A program made the translations under genes and the position numbers. Shown one piece after another: positions 24,189-36,608 of a stretch of 64,000 nt of DNA. Positions within the stretch are counted from its first letter, which is position 1. Every line of letters begins with the position of its first letter. This DNA is from Squalus acanthias (taxonomy: Eukaryota), in assembly GCA_030390025.1 (NCBI GenBank), contig CM059431.1, forward strand, positions 121,336,001 through 121,400,000. Direction: 5' to 3'. The notes beneath the pieces were generated by a model that saw nothing but the letters and a program-made list of their open reading frames with translations, made no database searches and was not told the origin of the DNA.

Positions 24189-26748
24189 GATGATTGACAT
24201 TGATCAGAGCAGACCACAGCATTTTTTAACAAATATAATGATAATGCTTGCATTATATAGCACCTTAATAGCCAGATTGCCACAAAACATTTCACATTTT
24301 GAATTTGCTATGTAGGCAAATACGGTGCTGCACATGTTTATTCACCAGACTGCACTTAGATTCTAATGAAGCACTTTCACATTTGCTCAGTGACTAAATG
24401 CATTTGCACGGTGAGATAAGGCATCACATAGACCAAGAGGTTGCACATGCCATTTCTCATCTGTGATAAGTGATCTCAATCAGGGTTGCAGTGGGTCATA
24501 CAAATGGCCTTAGCCTTTCCCCAGGCTACAGCAATTGGTGATAGTTTCTGCTCTTGATCACTATCCAAGGGCCACTGCTGGAAAACGCACATAAATGGAT
24601 GCTGGGTCAGGATAGAATTGGGCTCAGCTATGCTCCCATCCATTGCAGCTAACAGCTTGATGTCAGTGTCTACCAGCTGTTATGCAAAGTTGGCAAATCT
24701 TTGTTAAAACACATGCTGATCTGATTCTGAACAGCACCCAAGTGCAGTTACAATGGAGATTTCCTGGTAATGTTAATGTTTGATTTTATGAGAGTTGTCG
24801 GGGCATCCTAACTTAAAAACATTCCATTCAAAGTTCTGAAAGTCCACAGGAGGTCTAATGAGCTGTCTGAGCATTTTTAAATTTAGCTTTGCACAAGAAA
24901 ACTTATGTGGGCCTTCCTTTTTGAAAAGACTCATACTACTTGGTTTAATGCACTCAGGTGTCACACTGGAACCTGACAAATATACTGCTACTTGTCGATG
25001 TGAAAGTGGGAGTATAACTCCACCCTGAGACTTATAACTTTTTAATCTATCTCCTGTAATTAACCGTCCTTACGTCAGTGACGAGCCCTTATGTAATAGT
25101 TACTGTTATTCTGTCTGTCATCAATTGGTGACAATTAAGCAGAAAAGCCTACACTTTCATTGAGTCTTTAAAAGCATAAGCTTAATCTGCTTTAGTATTA
25201 CTAATCTATGTCTACATGACAGGGCTCCTAAAACCAAGTGGAAGGCTCACTAATTTTTCTTATATTTTACACAGCTCATGAATGTAACTATATGCTATGG
25301 CAATTGTATTCATATTGTATATTTTATTCTGATAATGAGACTGCTTTTTAAAATCAATGTTCCTCTCTTTTCCATTCCTTTCTCTTTGCTTAAACAAACG
25401 TCTTGCCATCAATAGTGAAGAAAGTGGGCGGGAAGTGTGCTTTGAGACCTCTGCCAAATGATCTCAGACATTGATCATGAGGAACTGTGCAAAAGTGCCC
25501 GAGGGATGACTCTCCACCAGTTTTTCCTTCCTGTGAGGAGGTGATTGGCTTTCATTAAGTAATTACCCAATGCAACACAGCTAAGATTAGAGAACCGATT
25601 TTAGGCATGAGCAGTCCTGGCATGATGCCTCACCTGCCGGGAGCATATATTGGAACATAGGAGCAGGAGTAGGCCATTCAGCCTCTCGAGCCTGTTCCGC
25701 CAATCACAGGAAATCACAGGCAAGCTACCCACAATTTCCCAGGATCTCTGCAATGCTGAGGATAATGGATGCAAACATACTTCAAATCAACACTCTATTC
25801 ACATTGAAACTCAGTACATCTGCACCTCTTAAATATAAAATGTTAAACCAACAGACATACATATAAGGGAGAAATTTTCCGAGACCCCACCTCACAAACG
25901 TGATTTGCCAATAAGCTGCCTACTGTGTGAAAGGTCTGGCCAGTGCCTTGGGGTCTCAGAAAAAAATGTCCATAAAGTAATAGAAGAAAGAACCAGCACC
26001 TGTTATGGAGAAGCACCCTGTAACCCAAGCTTGGGCACCAGATGATATTCATAAACTCCTTGAGCTTTGTTTTCCTAGCTTATGATACCTTCTGAAACCT
26101 TCTATTGAATTTGGGGCTTTTAACCTTATTCCCAGCATCTAATGCTTTTGTGTTTATTTTCATAAATTCTATATATCATTTTTTAGGTCTCTATGGGAAC
26201 AAGACCAATGCTGCAATTGGCTCTGACAGTGTTGTAAAGCCCTCTGATATGCTCACTGAATCTGCCTCTATGTGAGCATTCTGCTCCTGTTTAAACATTG
26301 AAGGAAACATGCAATATATACAATCTTGCTGTCTAAACAAATAGTATGCTCAAAATTTTTAATATATAGATGAAACACTTTGGGTACATTTCAAGCTTCG
26401 CCATATGGGTGGTAATCTGGTGGAGCATTTTGGCCGCCCGTTGTAGAATCCACCTGAGATATATATATTTTAAGATATCAATATATATCACAATAAAAGG
26501 AAGCTTCCATATTCACTTAAATAAGAACTGGGGCTTACTTATTTTCATTATAATTGCATATGTTTAAAGGATCAAAATATTCTATTTGTCTTCAGCTCCC
26601 TGCTTTGCCTATTTCTCTCTGTTGCTACCTCTTTGATTGTATTTTTGGGGTTACCATAGTTACTTATTGCCTTTTTCTTTGAAGAATATGAAAAGTCAAG
26701 GACATAAAAAGGTTCTTCTGCCCACCAAAGCTCATCCCTCTACCCTAA

Positions 26749-26870
26749 AGGGGTAATTTCATGAGCATGTGTCAGAGATAGGATTGTAACACCATAGCCC
26801 TGATTCTCTGACCTGCAGCTGCCACGAGCGAGGCGAGGCTCCAGCAGTAGAGTGTCCTGAAATTAGCTCT
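26749..26870. mobile_element. 122-bp Harbinger-type mini-MITE
   Basis: TIRs AGGGGTAATTTCA / TGAAATTAGCTCT; TAA TSD. Confidence 0.55.
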
Positions 26871-27389
26871 TAAATCTCATAGCTGAGCACACTGTATTTG
26901 GAACACCCCTCAAGTGTGTTTCTCTACTACCCTGTCAGACAGATTATTCCTTTGTATGAAGAAATTCTTTTTTTTTTCCACTTTTCTTTTAGTTATAGCT
27001 TCTGGTCCTACTAGTTTACTTTGAAGTAATAATCTGGATGTAACTTATCTAAGCCATTTAATATCTTATGTACTTAACTGTCTTCTCTCTAGCCTGTAGA
27101 GATGGAGCTGTATTAAGTCTTCATCATAACTCATCCTCATAACCTTGGAATGATCATTGTTGCTTTTCTCTTCACCTTTTTCAGGGCTTGTACATGCCTT
27201 TGTACTGTGGCGGTCAGAACTGCACACAGTGGGATAAAAGGATAGTGCCTGGTTGTGTAGTCTCACTCGACTGGAGCTTGAGTTGGACAAAATGAGGTCA
27301 TTCATTTTAATGGACAGAAAACTGAGACCATCATGAGTTGGATGTGTTGAATCCATATCCGATTCTGTGGCTTGAAATTTTCAACTTGA

Positions 27390-27783
27390 GCACAAAAATC
27401 TAGGCTGACAATGCAGTGCCTAACTGAGAGAGTACTATACTGTCCGAGGTGCCGTCGTTCGGATGAGATGTTAAACCGAGGCCCGTCTGCCCTCTTAGGT
27501 GGGTGTAAAAGATCCCATGGCACTATTTCGAAGCAGAGCAGCGAAGATCTCCCTGGTATCCTGGCCAATATTTATCCCTCAATCAACATCACTAAGAACA
27601 GTTTATCTGGTCATTATCACATTGCTGTTTGTGGGAGCTTGCTGTGTGCAAATTGGCTGCCGCGGTTCCTACATTACAACAGTGACTACACGTCAAAAAG
27701 TACTTCATTGGCTGTAAAGCGCTTTGGGATGTCCGGTGGTCATGAAAGGCGCCATATAAATGCAAGTCTTTCTTTTCTTTTTT
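27390..27783 (+). mobile_element. Deu-domain SINE (SacSINE1/AmnSINE1-like)
   Basis: Well-preserved core GTAAAAGATCCCATGGCACTATTT...ATTATCACATTGCTGTTTGTGGGAGCTTGCTG and a T-rich end. Confidence 0.85.
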
Positions 27784-28001
27784 GCCGCCCGGGCATTAAA
27801 CTGTTGTTGCAGATTGTGCACCCTTGATAGAAAGCAACCAACTTTCATTTCCATTGATTTCCCAAAGACTCACGCGTCCATTGAACATAATTATACTGGG
27901 AACCAAGTCTCTGAAAATTTACTCTTCCTCTGATCAGTGCATTGTATAGACTCAACATAACCTTAGTAGAATTGTATTCCCCTGTTTAGGTAATATATAT
28001 C

Positions 28002-28078
28002 ATGATGCGGAGATGCCGGTGTTGGACTGGGGTGGACAAAATTGAGAGGTCGCAACCTGGTGTTGTGCGACCTCTCAA
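28002..28078. mobile_element. 77-bp retro-insertion with an inverted segment (Penelope-like end)
   Basis: Perfect 16-bp TSD TTAGGTAATATATATC (27986-28001 / 28079-28094); 15-bp inverted repeat AATTGAGAGGTCGCA. Confidence 0.75.
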
Positions 28079-28144
28079 TTAGGTAATATATATCCTAGAG
28101 TTTTAGTGATTTTAAAAATTGCCTTTCCACCCTATCTAGACAAT

Positions 28145-28887
28145 GGCCCAGAAATTGATCTCGCTCTGTTCCCGCGGGGGTAAGCCTTTCCCGCGATGTC
28201 TCACCTCGCTTATGCTTTTTCTGATCCAGCTCGCACGAAATTGATGTTCCAGACATCAGCTGTGCTGGGCTTGCGTATCCCAGCGGCGTAGTTAATTCGT
28301 GCGAGCTGTGGGATCACGTGACTCAGTTAGAGCCAATGGCAGCACACCATCTTCCATTCATAAGTCTCACAGCATGGCTGAGAGACTTATGAATCTTACA
28401 CCCCCCCAAAATAACAGCTAAACCTCAATTAAATTTAAAAAAAAACCATCACATTAATAAAATAAGTATAGTTAATTAAATTAACCATTTTAAATAAAAA
28501 ATTAAATTTTTGAAAAAATTTAAAATCTTTTAAAAAGTTATAAAAATAAACTTACCTGTCTTTAAAGTCTATAAAAAAGATATACCTGTAAAAAAAAATT
28601 CAAAAAAATACTTAATTCACTACTTACCTTCTTAAAAGCGGGTCTTACTCCTCCTTTTTACATTTCCAAAATCTTCAGTACTTACCTGCGCGTCCAAAGC
28701 ATGAAGTGCACAGCGTGCGCGCAGCCTGTAGCGCGCACGCGATGCACTCCGGCCCCGCCCCCTTTTCGGAAGAGCAATTGCCGGTTTTCAGCGCATGCGC
28801 AGGGCATGCAGAAAACCGGCAATTGGAGTGGGAATACGCGAGAGTATGCAGTGCGTACTCTCGCGTCCCGGGATCAATTTTCGGCCC
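28145..28887. mobile_element. Harbinger-type MITE, hairpin-rich family (copy 1)
   Basis: TIRs GGCCCAGAAATTGATC / GATCAATTTTCGGCCC; inverted homolog of 45974-46710. Confidence 0.82.
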
Positions 28888-30354
28888 ATTGACTGTGATG
28901 AGTAAATTATTATCCCAGGATCCCTTTCATGTATCACACATTGTTTTGCTAAAATGTGCAATATTTACATTTGTCAGTATTACATTTCAGCCACCTACAT
29001 GCAAATCTTTGAAATTATTTTACTCATCCTTGGTTTCTATTGCTCTCAGCCAGGAATGTCATAATATTGCACTTGGTGTCAGTATCCAAGTCAATTATAT
29101 AGATAAGAAATAATACAGGTCCGAACATGACTCCTGTGGAGCTCCATCCAACACTTCACCACAATCCAATAATACATCTCTCGCTTGTGTTTTATGTTCC
29201 CAATCCTTTAAACAACTTGGTATCCAGTTCCATGCTCCATTTTTCTAAGCTTTGTTCTGTCTATTTTATATTTCATTTGTAAATTAAATGTATAATTCTG
29301 TGTCTATCCCAATGCATGTATTTTTATAATTTCTATTTTTCTTATCTATGTGCTTGATCCTTGGATTTTTTCTTTACATAAGAACTTAAGAACATAAGAA
29401 TTAGGAGCAGGAGTAGGCCATATGGCCCCTCAAGCCTCCCATGCTCTCCCCTTTCCATAATTACTGAGCTCACCACAGTCTGTGGACTGTTACGCATTGA
29501 ATGGCAGGAGACTATTTGTGCTATTTTTGAATGGATCAGAAAGAAACTGGTGGCATATGCAACAGATAAACAGGGATATTTGAGGTAAACCTAGCATATG
29601 TAGAAATAGATGGACAAAGCCACTATGTTAGGGAATGTATTTGGTCATGTCTGGGGAATCCTACAACTGTAAGTAATGATGGATGCAGGATTGCTTTGAA
29701 TACATATAGAAGCCATACAGTGAACAAAACATGACATGCACAGGGGCGACAAACCAGAAAGATTATGATAGATAATGCGGCTAGGATTCAGCTCACTAAT
29801 AGAAGAATTAGGACTAATGGGTGAGAAGATCTTGTTTTCACAATTGTATGCTACCTTCCCTCACAAGTACATGTGCCACATCTGAGAATCACATCTGAGA
29901 ATAATAATAGAAGTAGTGCACTGCTGCTTGTTAGTGGAGGGGCCATGACTCAAGTTGATTTCTAATGGCCCTGAGTTCTAATAGCTGGCCTTACATCTGC
30001 TGCCTGCACAGTTAGGCATGCACTATGTCTTTTTCATGCCTGCCTCTGTAATTGGTATTTTAACACTCTTGTGATGATTCATGTAAATGTGTAGGTGTGC
30101 AGTGCAATACTAAGGAAAATTACAGATTAATGATGCAGATGGCATACAATTGTATCTTTTCACTAACGTTAGGGATTCTAAATATTCCTAAACATGCTAC
30201 ATATTCTGCATAAGGGGAATTTTTTTTAAATCGTTTTGACTGGTGCCTGGCCAATTGACCACTGGAAGAGACGATAACATCCAGAAAAATATTAAGCTTG
30301 GTTTGAAGTTTGGTATAGGATTTTCCACAATGTGCATTTTTTTACTCTTGGTCA

Positions 30355-30960
30355 ATCATAGAATGTCACAGCACAGAAATAGGCCATTCAGCTCATCAAG
30401 TCTACATTTGTGTTTTTCTCCATATGAGCCATCTAATCTAACCTTACTCTCCTGCTTGCTCGCCATACCCATTACTATTCCTTTTGTTCAAGCAACTATT
30501 TACCTCCCTTTTAAAATGGACTATGCTTCAACAAGCGTTTGAGGCAGAGAATTCCTCATTGGGACTACCCTCTGTGTCATTTTTTTTCTAACCTCCCTTT
30601 AATATTTTTTCTGACTATTTTAAATTTGCGCCCTCTTATTACCATCACCATTTCACTGGGCAGTGGAAATAATCTATCCCTATTTACCTTATCAGAACTT
30701 TTCAGAATCTTTAACACTTCTATCAGGTATGCCCCTTATCATCTCAGCTGTAGTGAAAAGAGTCCTAATTTCCCAGGTGTATCTCAACAATTACAAACAC
30801 TCATCCATACTAATGTCTTATTGAATCAATGCTGCAGCATTTCTATTGCTTTTATTTCCTTCCAATAACGGGATACCCATAACTGTGTCCAATACTCAAA
30901 ATGCAACCTAACTAAGGTATGCACAAGTTTAACATCACCCACCTTCTTCTGTATTCTATC
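30355..30960 (-). mobile_element. Old degenerate CR1 LINE fragment
   Basis: ATCATAGAAT...AGGCCATTCAGC tail and a decayed match to the CR1 3' region. Confidence 0.55.
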
Positions 30961-31907
30961 TTTCCAGATACAAAACCAAGATTAACCATCAGCTTACCAG
31001 CAGATCTAAAGAAATTCCTATCTCCTCAGGATCAACTGATACTGCAAGTTTTTTAAGCCCACACACCATGACATGGAAACACACACTTCTAGTACAGTAA
31101 TAAACCTACTCAAATGTCAGGTGAAGCTTTATAATATTAAAGGATTTTCGCAATGTTGCTCATAGTAAATTGGATGGTGCAATGTTTTGTAATGTAAGGA
31201 GCACTGTACAATGGAATGCACAATGTATTCTTCTGCTACAGTGTTGTTGTATTTAAGTTGATCTTTTAAGTAGTCATTTCATGCAACTTTTGAAGGGTGG
31301 TGTCTGAAATGTGATGGGTGCAAGCTGGATGCAAAACTTTTATGCAGATACATTCACCCTAGAATATGAAAAAAAACCTGCAGTTATATTGCAGCTACCA
31401 GTCTCATACCAATATCTATAGAGCATAATGCACAGTTCGTAGATCAAGGTTTTCTGCCAATTGTGTATCACACTGCAGTCAGTAACAATTGAGCTCTGTA
31501 CATGTGGAGAGGTTCAGTTCCTGGGAGCTCATTTTTAATGTTAGGAGTGGACAGGAGTGTCCACTTCAACATTACAAAGATTAGGGGTGAAACTGGAATA
31601 TGTAGTGTTAGCATACAAATGTGTTAACATGTTGAGATATATTTCTGATGTCAATTATTTTAACGGAGGTGTTACAAAACAATTAATTTAAATGAATGTC
31701 TTTGTTAAAGTAGTAGGCAAAGGAATCCCTTACTAATTGTTTATAAGCTAACAACACACAGCACCATGTCAACCTAATTTGATGAATCAGTTTGAAAAGT
31801 GCTTACGAGATCCAATGAACTGCCTAAAGCAGCCTGGAGTTATACTGCACATGAAACTTGTGGGAGGTGGCCTCTGGAGATGTTTTCGTAACTGCGTTGG
31901 TATCCAA

Positions 31908-32095
31908 GCGGAAGCCAAGCGCAAACAGCGGAAGGAGCGCACGTCAACCCAAGCACCCCACCCACCCGCCCCTTCAACCACCGTCTGCCCCACCTGTGAC
32001 AGAGACTGTAGGTCCCGCATTGGACTCATCAGTCACCTGAGAACTAATTTTTAGTCTGGAAGCAAGTCATCCTTGGTTCCGAGGGACTGCCTAAG
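31908..32095 (+). mobile_element. RTE-clade LINE 3' end
   Basis: AEAKRKQRKER...CPTCDRDCRSRIGLISHLRT, the C-terminal zinc-finger-like motif of RTE ORF2. Confidence 0.75.
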
Positions 32096-33599
32096 AGACT
32101 ACCCTGAGGGTCAAATGTGCACTAGCTCACAAGTTATACTGCCAGTTTTGTGGCAGTGAGCATCCACAACTTTTTGGCAATAATGGAAGTGTGGCAATAT
32201 ATTCATAAAACAAAATCTTGATTAAAAATGTAAAAAATAATTTTACTTGAGCTCCCACTGTTGCTCGTGTCTCTTTCTCGTTCTTCCATCTTTTAAAAAA
32301 ATGTTACTATTTGTCTGTCTGATCTATCTTCCTTATACATTATTTTTCTGAAAGAAACCATACACCTACATTATTTCTCCTTCTGGACTACGTGTCCATT
32401 TTGAAGATAAAAGCAATTGAAAAAATGGTGTGTTCATTGGTTGAAATCTGGGATTACAGGCTGGTTTTCCGCCAAAAACAAACAGGCACAATGCAAACAT
32501 GTCCTTGGTCGCATCAAACGCAGAAAGGACTCTCCCAATCGGCATCGAACCTCCCGAGCACAATAGTCCCAATAGATGCAAGCTGTCACCAACCGTGACC
32601 TTACCCTCTGCTGCATAGTTGTCACAAGCTGTTATATAATAGTCTGGTTAACTGCTAACTTGATTGCGGGCCCTATTGCACAGAATAGGATTCTACTGCA
32701 AATGTAGGTCAGCACGAACACAAGAAGGCGAGTAACACCAGGCGCCCACACAACCTGACAGCTTAGTAAGTCAGGATCACACCCGCACAACAAGAATGCG
32801 CCTAAATTTCATTTCCACGGATATCATTCACTAAAGGTCCACGGAAACACGACTTAGAAAGTTGATGGCAAACAACTTTGATCTGATATTAGTTCGGACT
32901 CATTTCTGAGGTAAATGACCAGCGTGTCTTTACTGGACCTGAGTCCAAGTGCAGAACATTGAAATAATTCGCCACTTCCTATTAAGCGCACCTTCAATCT
33001 AAATTCCGATGGGACCAAAGTCTCTCGAACTATTTCCGAAGCAAACGGCCACAACGAGGAATTTCACGCATAATCATTTCCCCTTTCCTGGAGTGCAGTG
33101 GGGGAATAAGTACTGCATGTCCTCACCTGCACTGTACCCCACCGTATAAAGGGGACTCTACATGACAAGCCAAGGCAATAGGGCACTTTCCACAACAACA
33201 CTGTTAAGTGAATCAAATACACGGAGTTTCAATACATGGCTCTTTGGAATCTGAACTTTTGACAGCATTTCACTGTTATTGTTCATTGCTTTAAAAATGG
33301 CATTCTAATTATTCTTGTTTAAAGTTACAGAAACAGGTCTTCCTCTTAGTGACAACTGTCTGTGCCTCTCGGATTCCCAAGCAGAGAAGCCTGTGTAAGG
33401 AGACCCCAAAACACGGACCTTGTTGTGTAACTGTGCTGATAAAACCCTCTAACTCCTGAAACACCACTTCATCATCACGTTTAAACTAAAGCTCTCGTCG
33501 TCGATAACTGTCCACATCATCTCGGCCAATAGTATTGTGTGCATCTATATATATATATATATATATTAAACTTTAAAATTAAGTCAGAAAAAAAACATG

Positions 33600-34700
33600 T
33601 TTTGCTTTTATAAATCGATCTCTGTCGAACAGGCTGCTCTGTTGTTGGAAAGAAGCAGGCGGTGAGGAGCAGCTTTGATGGTGGGTCGCTTACCTGCAGA
33701 CCAGCTGGACTGTCCCAGAAACACAATCGGCCCGCTTAGATCTGCCAGCCAGTAATTTGGCGAGCAAGAAACAGAAACGCGTATTTCCGTAAATTGTAAG
33801 CAGTGCATCGAAGTGCGTTTCCCAGTGGAGGATGTAAGTGTAACGTAAGCTTCACTTACCTACAAGAGCAGCGTGGCCAGGATCAGAGCTGCCAGTATAG
33901 TGGTAGTGCAGAAGGGCAATGTCAGTGAAGTTTCTTTCACTTGGCTTTTTTCCTCAGAGAACAAAGTAGTCTCATTTTGACCCCGACTGTCAGTTTTCCA
34001 ACAGGTCCAGAATTGCTCTGACACAGTGCGCCAGCCAGACAGGCAGGTACTTGTTTAAAAAGGATTGGAAGTACCAGTCAAACTAAATAGGACGATTTCT
34101 GCTTGAGCAGACACCCGGCGTGCAGACTCAACTTGCTCCGGGTGCAGTTTCCTTAGATGCTGTTTTGTTTTAATAAAGACGTTTTTTTTTCCCCCCAAAA
34201 AATAAAGAGAACAAGAAAACAGTCCAAATCTACACTGGAGCTACAAGCTATCTTTCCTGGTGTTCTCTGAGTAATCTGATTGCCAGAGGGTTCTTACTTG
34301 CAGACTTCTTGACTTCTGAATCAGGCTCGGAAGCCCTGCCCCCTTTAGATGGCTTTAATCTGCTCTCGTCAGAAAGCGTGCGAGCTCCACCCTAGGACAA
34401 ATCATTTTGTCATTTGCACAATACCTCGTCCCGTCCCCCCCGCCGTCACAGAGTTACCGGAACTTCACGTAGCTTCGTCAATCTGCTCCTAATGGGATAC
34501 TAAACATGCTTCACGACTGCAACAGCCCTACATTTTACACTGCAATGAGCCTGATTTCTCGCCGTTTCTCCTGCATCACACTCGCTCACCGATAGGAAAT
34601 ACAATTGAATCCATAAAGGATTAGATCGGGAAGTACAGCATCCTTCGTTGCTTATTAGTTTACCGTTCTTCAGGCTATGAATTTAGATCACCAAGAGGCA
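33600..34700 (-). promoter_or_regulatory. Candidate SLITRK6 promoter and non-coding exon 1 (CpG-enriched, repeat-free)
   Basis: CpG-rich non-repeat sequence with a GC box at about 34435; minus-strand consensus donors TAG|GTAAGT (33860/33859) and CAG|GTAAGC (33694/33693). Assignment to SLITRK6 is inferred. Confidence 0.5.
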
Positions 34701-36608
34701 TTTTTTTCCATACGTTCGATTGTTTTTTTTATGCCGGGACAATAAACGACTAGCAAAGGGGAGAGTGATGGCAAAAGATGAAGAGAATTGTGACTTTACC
34801 GAGAAACAGTGCCTGAATGAAACTGTCAAATTCATTCAAGCCTATTAAAGTAAAAAAAAATGATGGGAATATACGAATAATGTGTCTCTGCCTGCGACTT
34901 TCTGCTTCATTACTCTCTCACCACGCAGAAAATCTTTTGCATTCCTTGTATTTCCAGGGGTTTGACAGAGAAAACGGCGATCCAACCTTGAATAAAAAAA
35001 CAGCAGGAGCCCCTGATCTTGAAACTAACACATGAATAAGATTTATGCACCGTGCAAAAATAACATGCATATTTAGACCTTTGCATCGCCCTGCGTGCGT
35101 TACAAATAGATTAGTTTCATACACCCGATACTTCATTCTCATTGATTCTTACTTTATTCTCACTTTCTTATTTTATCCTGCGATATTTGTTAACATGGTT
35201 TACAGAAATTCACGTAACCAGCGATATTATTTATTATTATAGAAGCAAAATAAATCATTATCGAAGATTAAATATTGCTAACTATATTTGTGACCTTAAA
35301 CGTGCTCGACAAAAGATGACCTCCCAAAAACAAAATAAAAATGAAAGTAACAAAGGTCTTCTTAAGTATTAATGTTCTTTGCAGTTGCAGTGCGCGCCGA
35401 CAAGGCATCCCGTTCTAAAGGTGCATCAGATACAGCCATTAATGCTCCTGTTAAAGTGATTCTCATTACACGGGGAAACTTAAACCTCTAAAAGTACAAT
35501 GAGAGGGATGAATGCCTGATTTCAAATGAAGATACTGCAGAACCACACAATATGCCTTTCCTGATAAATGTAACACGGTCTTTCTGCTATCAAATTTCCC
35601 CAAGTTACTTTGCCAGATGAATATCATACGAACATCAATGCAAATATTCGCCAGTAAAATCTTAGCAATTTCAGGATCACAGTTTTTAAAAAACACAGCA
35701 TTGCAATAGAAGGCTCGTGCCTGACTGATAAATATGCGGGGGAATCTTTTGGGAGAACTTTCGTGAAATTATGGATTTAGCCACTTCATTGTGGTCTGAT
35801 TGCTTTGGAATATCACAGTAATTACAACAAGTCTGGTTAACAACCAAGTGGATTAAGTGAGATCGACCAGGAAACACGCTTTTCAACTGTAATTCAACAC
35901 CGCCCCCTTCTGACAGCAAACCGTAAAGAGAGATTCGCAGCATTTGAGTCTCTTTGTACTATCAGTAATGCCTGCTTCGTGCTGCACGAGGGAGCACATA
36001 GCATCGGCTGTATTTTCAAAGCAGTAGGACCAGTGTTTCTACTTTCCGCCCACCTCCTTGTGAAGTTGGGATGGCGGAAATCTACGTTTGTGTATTTAGA
36101 TATACTCATAGATTCTACTTCAACAGCCTTCCTGTGCCCATCTAGTTTTACATAGCTGAAAATTTATGATAATGAAATAGCCGGTTCTTTTCAAGCACTA
36201 AACTATGAATGGTGGTACTCACAGTGTTTGTTTTAAATCTTTTGAACTTACTTTTTACTATTGGCAATTTTTTTGCACCACTTCCTTCTATAATGCACAT
36301 CATTACTGGCGCAAGACCACTTATTCCAGGTGGTCCTACTGATGTACATTAGCCCATTTTATCCTGAAGTTTTTGGAGTTAGGCCAGTGCAAAAGAGACA
36401 GAGAGACAGCAATGATGCCAATATCCAGTGTAAAGACAGTTTTACATAGAAAGTACACGTCGGAACCCATAGTTTGATGAAAATAAAACCCCAAATGATG
36501 CCAATACTTAGGAATTATGTTGACTGTTAGAAAAATGATTTAATTCTTCATAAACCACTGGTCCTGATGTATTCCATTAGTACAACATAAATTATAACTG
36601 TAAACATT

